Positions 11,601-20,792 of a stretch of 38,989 nucleotides of DNA are shown piece by piece. The translations under genes and the position numbers were made by a program. This stretch comes from Fonticula-like sp. SCN 57-25. Its lineage: Eukaryota. The first letter of the stretch is position 1, and each line of letters starts with the position of its first letter. The notes below the pieces were generated by a model that saw nothing but the letters and a program-made list of their open reading frames with translations, was not told the DNA's origin and ran no database searches. Where the stretch lies: contig MEDX01000032.1 in assembly GCA_001724245.1 (NCBI GenBank), forward strand, positions 1 through 38,989. The letters run 5' to 3'.

Positions 11601-12272
11601 GGAGATCATTAAGGCTATTAATGTTTATTTGAGTATGGGTGATTTCGTGAATGTGATTGGCTTGTTGAGGGCGCAGGGGTGTAGTGAGATGGCGGCGGTG
11701 TTGTGGGGGGAGTGTGAGGAGAGAGGGATTACGAAAAAGTGGGATGGTACGCATAAGGGGAAATTGAGGAAAAGGAATATATTATGAATATATTTGATAT
11801 GAATTTGATCTTATTTGATATGAATTTACTCTTTTGATATGAACATGTTTGATATGATTTTTTAATATGAACATGTTTGATATGAACATGTTTGATGTGA
11901 CTCTTTTGATATGAACATGTTTGATATGTTCTTTTGATATGAACATGTTTGATATGACTCTTTTGATATGAACATATTTGATATGATTTTTTGATATGAA
12001 CATGTTTGATATGCTTTTTTGATATGAACATGAACATGTTTGATATGAATTTGCTCTTTTTTGAACATATATATGCGTTTATCTTCCTTTCTTCTTCTTT
12101 ATTCCTTTCTAAATATGTTATAGATTCAGCGCAGTTACTTGCAAGGGATGTCTGCAATGGATATGCAGACTATTTAAGCGAGCTCGGATTGGCTCAAATC
12201 GCCGCATCTTATCGGTCACGTGCTGAAGAGATCGGTGCATCGACAATGCAGGACACGCCAAGTGACATGTAG
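5603..12272 (+). CDS. WDR11: WD repeat-containing protein 11 ortholog, 13 exons: 5603-5666, 5716-5848, 5896-5995, 6052-6189, 6311-6774, 6916-7074, 7451-7885, 8404-8928, 9228-9577, 9918-10234, 10297-10974, 11389-11746, 12124-12272
   Basis: Spliced protein begins PQNKGAADWGPQGFVAHGSHALVVVTDS...LASADALGRVFIW and ends with AIRLLLETP...DAMKACLIA...ACHLLQDDHRWDDAALIA, matching remembered WDR11 N- and C-terminal motifs. All junctions keep frame. Confidence 0.92.
6190..6310 (+). other. U12-type (minor spliceosome) AT-AC intron in WDR11
   Basis: Starts ATATCCGTT, branch site TTCCTTGAC at 6291-6299, ends CCTCAC. Removal joins KLNQK|VWSREFSGDVLRFQFNPFD in frame. Confidence 0.9.
7100..7440. repeat. Intronic degenerate minisatellite, ~8-12-bp TGATGCTATA(C/A)T / TATTATGC units
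   Basis: Visible tandem array filling WDR11 intron 7075-7450. Confidence 0.9.
7890..8345. repeat. Intronic hexamer microsatellite (ATGAGT/ATGAAC/ATGAAT)
   Basis: Tandem array in WDR11 intron 7886-8403. Confidence 0.9.
10985..11270. repeat. Intronic degenerate repeat (GTGATATAGGGAAA, then ATATAGTACATG-like units)
   Basis: Visible in WDR11 intron 10975-11388. Confidence 0.8.
11785..12070. repeat. Intronic minisatellite, TTGATATGAACATGT-like units
   Basis: Tandem array in WDR11 intron 11747-12123. Confidence 0.9.
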
Positions 12273-12769
12273 TACATTGCTGTGACACGCCTGCAGGCAC
12301 ATTTGATTCATGTTGTGTTGGTATGGGTATGTGTCTTTGGTCATATTTGGTACAGCATTGTGACAGGCATGTAGACATGTAGTCAATGTCAATGTCCTTT
12401 GTGTAGGTTGATATTCAGTACTGTAACATCTATTCAGTATTGTTGAATATGGCCACATGGCCATGGTAGTGTTCCAATGTTCTTCTATTAGCTATGCAAA
12501 TGTGTTCTTTTGTATATTTCTTCACATTCCGCATATAAAGTGAAACATAATGTAATATTCAAAGAGAAAGCACATATGGTCAATGTAATAGAAAAAAAGT
12601 ATGAAAAATGCGCGCGAAACACGCAAAGAAAAACACCCAAAAGAGACTTTTTTCGCGTCTTTCCCGCCAAACAACCCTTAAAATATCCCTAATAACTCCC
12701 TAATTCAATTGAAATTGACCAACATTTTTATTGCTATTTTTGGTATTTCTCGTCATCTCCATCATCTTC

Positions 12770-13479
12770 TTATTCGCCGTGCTTAAGGACACGGACAAAC
12801 TCGCGGTAATTAAAGTTGCCCTCCTTGTCGGGCGCGGCGCCCTTGAACATGATGTCGACCTCCTCCTGCGAGAAGCGCTCGCCCATGGTGGTGAGGTGCT
12901 CGCGCAGCTCGGCGGCGCTGATGAAGCCGGTGGTGCCCTCGTCAAAGCACTCGAACGCCTGGAGGATCTCGTGCTCGGGATCCGTGCCGCTCAGCTTGTC
13001 GCCCATGAGCGTGAGGAACATGGTAAAATTGATATCACCAGTGGCCTCGCTGAGCATCTTTTCAATAACTTCGTCGCTCGGGTTCTGGCCGAGTGACGAG
13101 AGCATGTCTTTGAGATCCTCCTTGTCAATGAAGCCATCATTATCGTGGTCAATCATGGAGAAGGCCTCCTTGAACTCGGCAATCTGCTTCTGGTCAAACA
13201 TCGCAAAGACGTTCGACGTCTGGCGCACAGCGCGCTTCTTGGCCTTTCCCTTGCGTCCAGCCTACGCAAAAGGAGCAGTGTTAACCAGGGGAGCGGGGGG
13301 ATGGCAAGACTTGGCATCGCGACCATGGAAGACCACAATCGGCGGCAAAAATAGAGAGAAAAAATGGGAAAAACACACAGGAAAAGAGAGATAATACAGA
13401 CAGGGCAACGTGCGCGCGTGCGCACGCGCACAGAGCGCAGCGAGCACACAAAAAGAGGGGAAAAAGAAGCGCGTACCAT
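12770..13479 (-). CDS. Myosin II regulatory light chain (EF-hand); exon 1 is the ATG alone (13479-13477), intron 13476-13262
   Basis: [51 protein letters not shown]...[20 protein letters not shown] matches the RLC (MYL9/MYL12/sqh) family. Junction ATG|GTACGC...TAG|GCT. Confidence 0.93.
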
Positions 13480-13946
13480 CCTTCCAGCAGCAGAACCTGA
13501 ACCAAAGAGGACAACAAAAATATGCGTTGACTCGAGGAACGAAGAAAGGGAAAAGGGAAAAAAGTCAGATTGAAATGCGCATTTTGATTGGTCGAGAGCG
13601 GTGCAGGGGTGGAATCAGGGGACGCGATGCGAATTCCTGTGGACCAGGGGGGGTGACCTAATGGAATGTGAATGCCAAGGGTCAGTGGGTCATATAAAGG
13701 TGAACGAGCTATAGTAAATGAGCAAGGGGGACGCGTGGCAAGCAGTGCAAATAATAAAGGTGAATTTGTATTGTAAATATGAATATTTTCTTCATGTTTG
13801 ATTGTGGTCATTGGTATGCGTTTGCATACCAAAGTCAAAAGTAATAAAGTAAAATAATGTTTATTAAGGGCAAGCTAAAGTAAATAGATACATAATACAA
13901 GCCGCGAATGCTGCGGCAGCAGAATACAGAGGAAATGAAAAAGTTG

Positions 13947-14543
13947 CTAGGCGGTGGGCTGCGCCTCCCTGCCGCTCATGTACGCATCGAGCTGCGCGTC
14001 GAGGATCGACGACGCACGGGCCGGGTCCTTGCTCATGTACGCGTTGAGCTGCGCGTCAAGCGCCTCCGTGCTCACCGGCGCGTTCCTATCGTTCGCCTTG
14101 CCGCCACGTCCGCGGCCTGCCTTGGCACCGCGCTTGCCCGACGCAACCGGTACGCGCCCGCCGCGAGCGACGAGTCCGCGGCCACGGCCAGCAGCCGCAC
14201 CACCGCGCACCTGCTTTCCACCGCGCGTGGCGGCGCCGACGCGGTTGTCCGCAAAGCGTCCACCGCGATGTCCTGCAGCGCGGCGCGCAACTGCGGCCGG
14301 CGGGAGCGCCTCGATGATGAGCGGCGCCGTGACGGTCAGACCGCGGCGCTGCTGGTTCAGCGACGACTGGCGCGCCGAAGTCTGGCGCTGCGTCTCAAGG
14401 CGGCGAAACCTGGGAAGAGCGCGTCAAGATCCAGCGCACGGGCGGGCGATGTGGGCGTCATCGCGCCATCACTGGGAAATGCTGACGTACCGCTCGCTAA
14501 GGGTGCCCGGCGGGGCGGCTCCACGGCCCCTTCCACGTTGCAT
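13947..14543 (-). CDS. CHTOP: CHTOP/FoP-like RG-rich mRNA export cofactor; intron 14490-14410
   Basis: N-terminal TLSERF motif, RGG/GRG-rich middle, duplicated C-terminal LDAQLNAYMSK...LDAQLDAYMSG (FoP duplication). Confidence 0.85.
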
Positions 14544-14809
14544 ATCCAAAAAGTCAAATAAGACGGCCGATAAAGGACGACGATGCCGAGAGAATGCGCC
14601 TACTCACAGAGGCGGATGGTGTCACAAGCGGATGCACGCCTATGACCTCCCCTGGATGTGGATGCCTGCGCGCTCGCCCCGCTCCCAAACAAAGAGCGAT
14701 GCAAACTGTCAGACAATCTGTCAAATTGTCTCTCGACAAACGACCTATCGTTGAAGAGCGCCATATTGCTCATCTTATCGCCAATCTAGGACTGAGACGA
14801 TTCCTGCCA

Positions 14810-14821
14810 TTCGCGCCAAAA
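14810..14821. promoter_or_regulatory. E2F-type site in the divergent CHTOP/CenH3 promoter
   Basis: TTCGCGCCAAAA (reverse TTTTGGCGCGAA) about 175 bp upstream of the CenH3 ATG. Function is inferred. Confidence 0.5.
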
Positions 14822-14995
14822 CATTCAAGGGACGTGAGGCAGGCCGAGGTGGCAATCGAGCAAAAACACTTTTCTGTGGCTGCTCATTTTTGCTGAACGC
14901 GCCGCCGACACAGCTTTACTCTGCTGCTATCAAGGAGCAGGAGTATCGATTTTTAAAGAGACTTTTAGTAGGGAACAAGATCAGTTTTTCTATCG

Positions 14996-15533
14996 ATGCG
15001 GTACAAGACGACATCGGGCCGCAAGACGACCCCCAAGCGCCTCCCCGGTGCTGCTCCTGGCCGCCCCGCACGTGCGCCATCCGCATTCGTACCCGCGCGA
15101 TCCCTGTACTCACTGCTCCCTTTTCCGTATTTTTACAGCGCCAGCAAAGGAGACTGAGGCCGCGCCGCGCAAGCGCCGCAGCCGCCCCGGTACACTCGCG
15201 CTCCGCGAGATCCGCAAGTATCAAAAGTCGACAGATCTGTTGCTCCGGAAATTGCCTTTTGCGCGTCTCGTACGTGAGGTCACAATGAACTGCATCACGC
15301 GGGAGCCGCTCCGGTGGCAGTCGATGGCGATCATGGCGCTGCAGGAGGCGACCGAGGCATTCTTGGTTCACCTCATGGAGGACGCGTGCGTGATCTTGTT
15401 TCAGATGAAATCATCGTGCTAATGTTATGCTAATAGGTATCTGTGCTCAATTCACGCAAAGCGCGTCACGTTGATGCAGAGCGACATGCAGCTGGCGAGA
15501 CGGATACGCGGCAGCGTTGGCTTTATGATTTGA
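14996..15533 (+). CDS. CENPA: Centromeric histone H3 variant (CenH3/CENP-A/Cse4); introns 15072-15138 and 15386-15436
   Basis: Divergent N-tail and histone fold [33 protein letters not shown]...[14 protein letters not shown]...[21 protein letters not shown]. Shows CenH3 hallmarks: PFA instead of PFQ, W instead of F in LRWQS, H instead of T after LCSI position pattern, altered loop 1. Confidence 0.9.
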
Positions 15534-15870
15534 TTCATGCCGATTCGCGCATGCCAATGTTTTTCCACCACTTCTCCTTTGTCTCCCCTTTGCCGCTCAA
15601 GTTCTTTCCTATTTGTCATTGAATAACCCTTTTATTGTACATATGGCCTCTTTTTCTCTCTTGGAATACACGCGTGGGTGTGTATCGATGCCGATCAGAT
15701 CGACAAAAGTTTCGAAAATGGTTCGAAAAATGATATGAAAAGTGATATGAAAATGTGCAGTAAAAGAGCGAAAAAGGACACATTTAAGCGCTAAAAACGT
15801 TTATTTTGCAAATAACACATAACTATGCCATTGCTTGCACACCTTCCCTTTCGACATCATCACGCTGCAT

Positions 15871-17068
15871 CTAGTTGCGGGTCTTTTCGGCCGCGACGCG
15901 GACGATGGCGAGATCGCGCATCTGCTGGATGGCGTCCTGCGCGCGCGCCTCGGCGTCGCCCGTCTCCTCAAAGTACTTTGAAAGCGGCTGAACGGCGTTG
16001 TAAGACTCGGTGTAGAAGACAACCTGGGCCTTGATCAGGGCCTCAAAGCAGGGATCCATGTACGGGATGCGTGCCTGAAAAAGTGAGGGATTAGCAAAAA
16101 AGTAGCAAGAAAGTAGCAAAAGGGGAAAAATGCCATGAAAAAAGCACAAAAAGGCTCAAAAAAGCACAAAAAACACCACAAAAACACGCTTTTCTTTCTT
16201 TCTTTTCATCACGATTACGTACGTCGATTAGTTTGGGGATCTCGTCTATAAGGACCTGGTTTTGAGTCTCGTACTGCGTCTTTGCGTCCAGCGCGAGCGC
16301 CTCCGTGCGCGGCAGCTTTGACGCGTCTTCCGACGGCTTGTCCGCAAGCTTCCTCACCTTTGACCTGAGCGCATCGTAATCGAGCAGCTTGTTGTTGCGG
16401 CGCTTGATGGTCGCATGGACATCGCCAAAGATGCCGACAAAGCGGCCCATCGGCTCGAGCAAAGTCTCGCGGAGGACCTTGTCGGTCTGCTGGCGCGTCG
16501 TAGAGTCAAGAAGGGTCTAGAGGAAGGAAAGGAATCGGCGCATGGTTAGGATCGACCAAAGGGATCATGGCAGGAAAAAGGGGATTGCACGATTGCAAGC
16601 GGAAAAAAGAAGAAAAAAGGCGAACAAAACGCACCATTGCGTCCTTGAACTTGAGACCGCACAGGCCGAGCACCGCAGTGTCGTCATAAAAGGACGTGAT
16701 GGCTTCCGCGATGCGCTGCTGTGCCAGACTCATCGCCCGCAACGAGTCAAGGTACTGCTTTGAATCCTTGAGGAGAACCTCTGACTTGGTCTCAAGTGAC
16801 CGGAACTATGAAATACGAGAGGAAAATAGACAAGAAAAGGTCAAGGAAAAGCAAATAAAATAAAGAAAAGCAAAAGGGAAAAGAGGTGAAAAAATCATGG
16901 ACGGTTAGCCGTCGTCAACGTCACCGGGCGGGATCGCCGCCAATGTCAACGCACCTTGCGCTCCTCCTCCTCAAACGACTTGTCAACCGTCTTTTCCACG
17001 GCACCAGCCTTTTGCAAGATGCTGGTGGTCGTGCGCTGCATCGACTGCTTCAGATTGGAGAACGCCAT
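15871..17068 (-). CDS. RVS161: N-BAR-only amphiphysin, Rvs161/Hob3/BIN3 family; 4 exons
   Basis: Spliced MAFSNLKQSMQR...KTVDKSFEEEERKFRSLE...YLDSLRAM...IKRRNNKLLDYDALRSKVRKL...RIPYMDPCFEALIKAQ. No SH3 domain. Confidence 0.88.
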
Positions 17069-17741
17069 CGCAACGTCTTTCCCCCCCTTTCAGGCTACCG
17101 TGCGTGGGCCGACGTGGATCGGGGAACAACAAAGCACAGTTGATGATCATCAGATACTGGTTAGATAGTGATTAAGGGGTGGGATCACGGCCGGATCAAG
17201 GAGGCATATTGGGCCAATATTGGCACACGGGAGCAGACAGTTAATATAATAAATGGTAGCAGTATATGTGTTTATAAACACCAGTATTTGCCAAAGAAAG
17301 TGCTTTGTAGGGTTGCCATATCATTTGTTGGAAAAAGTGACCTTTCTTGGGCACACGTGACCTAACTGAAGTGACTTTTCCTGGACTTGTACGTATGGCC
17401 ATACAAGAACAACGTCATTTTATAATAAAACATGACGTGTGTATGCACGCACTTTACTGCTTACGTAACCAATTTAAAGTATGGCGATGTCTGCCAATGT
17501 CTGCCAACATACGGGCATACGTAATTAGGTACTTGGAAGATCCCTGTTTCTACAATTTGCGGTAATCAGCCGACCAATCAGGATCGAGCAACTTTTTGTT
17601 GTCGACATTCATGTCTGCCTACGAAGTCCAAAACGGGCAGGCCTAGGTCGGTTAGTTGGCGAATAGGTGTATATAGCAGAGTTTGTAGCCACAGCGATCT
17701 GCAGAGAGACTTTGCAGGCGGCGGCCACCTCTCTACCGAGA

Positions 17742-20471
17742 ATGTCGAATGTGGATATTTGCCGCCGTTTTTTAATACAAGGGCAGTGCACCACTGTGGG
17801 ATGCACGAGAGCCCATAAGCTCAGCGAACTTTCGAGACCGATCCATCCGCCAAAGACGTTGTCGCGGAATAAGATCTCGCTATGCAGGTACTGGTTGCTG
17901 AATGAATGCAAGAACACGTCTTGCGCGTACGTTTGCCTCTTACCGGACAATTTTTGAAGGCTAACTTGGCGGGATTTTTGCTCAGGTATGCGCACGCGTG
18001 TATCGAGCTTCAGTGGTACGATGCTCCAAACCGCGGGAGCAAGGATTCGCTTTGCACGTACTGGCTTGCTACAGGACGTTGCCACGTACAAGGTTGTCAG
18101 AGCGCGCACAGTTTGCAGCAGATGCACGGCATCGAGGTACGTTTTTCCCAACTGTTTTTTGATTTTCCCGCCCGATTTTAACATGCGCATGTCAGCTCGC
18201 CCTCCCGACATGTTCCGAATGGTTCCTTCGCGGCGTCTGCTCTCGCGGCGCGCGCTGCACCGCCCAACACACAATAGGCGTACGCCTCTCTTTTGTGTAC
18301 CTTTCCGCTGCTAATCTCTTTGACTCTAGCTTCGCGCATCGGCCATCGCCGCAAAAGAGGAAGGCTACCGGTTACCGCTCTCCTCCTACTACCAGTCAAC
18401 GGATCGCACCGTAAACAAGGCCATTGACGGCTACTACCGCAGCGGCCTCACGAGCACGCTCGCCCTCTTCTCCGAACTGATCAAGGAAATCTCCCGCTCG
18501 GCCGACACTCTTTTAACATCAACCTCGATGCGCGATTGCGCCCGCTTCAAATCGACCCTCGAAGAATTTCTCGGCTACACTAAAGTAGAGTCTTACGAGT
18601 GCCGACGCGTTCTCACCGACCTCCGCTTCCTCTTTGAACACCTTTTTTTGGAACTCACGCAGCTCGCCGGCGTCGAAATTGACCGCCCCACTTCGACCCC
18701 ACTACTACTTCGCGTCGTCCAGAGCATTGACGACGTCGGACTTTCCCGCTTTGTCAAGACAACAGGAATGCAACTTTTAGACATTGTAAACCCCGCCGTC
18801 CACGCGGACACTGACGTCAGCCTTCAACACGTCAACCGCGCCTGCTTTCTCTTTGTTGAAATTGTCATGCTTTTAAAGGCAATGCGCATCGACCTCGACG
18901 TCCGCTCACGACTTGCGGCCATTATCGAGACATCCACGTGGTCAAAACCTGCGATTGCCGACCATCTTTTCCAGTACATTGAAAAGTCGCCGGTGCGCAT
19001 CACCACCTTCAAGATGGACGCGGCATCAAGGAATACTATTGTCCACGTGGCGGCAATGAATGGTCATTTTGCCGGCGCGGCCGAGTTTTTGCGCCGCCTC
19101 GTGGCCGAGCCATATGGCGTACAAGCTTTATCTGAAACGAACGTGATTGGCTGGACGCCCATATTTGTCGCTGCTCGTGTCGGCGCTCTCGATGCAGTCA
19201 AGGAAATGCTGACAATTACGGACGATATTGAATCGCAGCGCGATCCACATGGCCGTAATGTTCTTATGGTGGCGCTGATGCCGGCGGATGATGGAGTGCT
19301 AATTGACCCGAAGGGCCGCGTGGCGACAGCCAAATATTTGCTGACACACTGCAGTGCGCTTGCTCTTGCCCAAGATCATGATGGAAATACCGCATTGCAT
19401 TATGCGGCAATGTTGCAATCGAGTGATCACGTGGCCGCGCCGGCCTTGTGGGATTTGCTAATTTCACATTCGAGGTCGAATGTTACTAATTTGGAGCGCA
19501 AGAGGGCGGTTGACGTGCGCAATGACGTCATGAGAATGCAGCCGGGAATGAGTCAGAATGGAATGCAGCAGCAAGGTCACGTGCAGCAGCAAGGTCACGT
19601 GCAGCAGCAAATGATGACTCAGCAACAAGTTCCTCAGCAGCAAACGGTGACTCAGCAACCAGTTCCTCCGTTGCATGTTCAGAATGCAAGGCCTCAGCAG
19701 CAAACGATGACTCAGCAGAACGCCCAGCCAAATGTTCAGCGTCCAAGACCTCAGCAGCAAACCGTGACTCAGCAGCAGCAAACGGTGACTCAGCAACCGC
19801 CGCCTTTTGTGCCGCTATCAAGGCCTCAGCAAGTCAACTATCAGCAAATGTTTCACTCTCAGCCAATCACATCGCAGCAAGCCGCCGCTCAGCCAATCAC
19901 GTCGCAGCCGCCTGGTCTTCAAAACCCAAGCAATGTATTCCAACAAGGACGCCACGTGGCCCCATCTGCCCCACTTCGCCAGCCGTTACAAAGGAAAACG
20001 TCGGACAATTTCAGCCCTTTTAGCGCCAACGACACTGATTGGGAGGCGGACGCTTTTGATGACACGCACATTTCGTCTCAAAATTCGTCTCAATCGTCTC
20101 AACAATCGTCTCAAAATCCATTTCAAAATTCGTCTCAAGCAAGTCACGTGCGCCTTTCACCCGCGGCGGGTTTATTGGCACCCGGCTCGTCATCCTCTTC
20201 CCCTGAACGCGTCCCTATCGATCGCCCAACTGTCCACGTGACCAATACCCACGTGACCAATACTCACGTGACCACCAATGGTCCCGTTCCGCAATTAGAA
20301 CAAACGTATGCTGGATATTTGACTGATAAGGAAAAGCGCCCAGAACTGGAAGAGAATATGGCAATGCTAGTGAGACTTGGATATGATCGTGATATGGTTT
20401 TGCAAGCATTATTAGTTGTTGGTAATAGGAGAGATGAGGCGCTTGCATTATTGGAGAGCTTTTCATCATAA
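17742..20471 (+). CDS. Multidomain protein: 4 CCCH zinc fingers, helical (HEPN/DUF4145-like?) domain, ankyrin repeats, Q-rich linker, C-terminal UBA-like domain; introns 17927-17985, 18137-18195, 18280-18329
   Basis: Fingers CRRFLIQGQCTTVGCTRAH, CRYWLLNECKNTSCAYAH, CTYWLATGRCHVQGCQSAH, CSEWFLRGVCSRGARCTAQH. Ankyrins NTIVHVAAMNGH, GWTPIFVAARVG, GRNVLMVA, GNTALHYAA. UBA-like MLVRLGYDRDMVLQALLVVGNRRDEALALL. Splicing joins in frame to ORF 18528-20471. Confidence 0.85.
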
Positions 20472-20792
20472 AAAATGTGTGTTTATGTGTTGCAAATATG
20501 TCTATATATGTGTAGAGTATGTGTGATTGGTGTGGTATGCTGTGAGCATATCAAGTTTATGTACTTTGAGTACATGATTTCCTAACTCTACAATGTGTGC
20601 AATACGTCTTCAAGGAAAAGCACTAAGCTTCAAACCCCATTTTTGTCTTACAATTCTGACTTTAAATACACTATTTATCAATTTTATTCATTGTTTTCTA
20701 TTGGCAAAATGCATAGTGTACACGAATCAACCCAGAAAAACAACCAACCAATCACAACCAACAAAAAAAAACTCTCAACCAATCACATCATC

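Noticed and set aside
11729-12157. HIKHVHIK-repeat ORFs; array superficially CRISPR-like
   Set aside because: Intronic minisatellite with no unique spacers, in a eukaryotic gene, with no cas genes.
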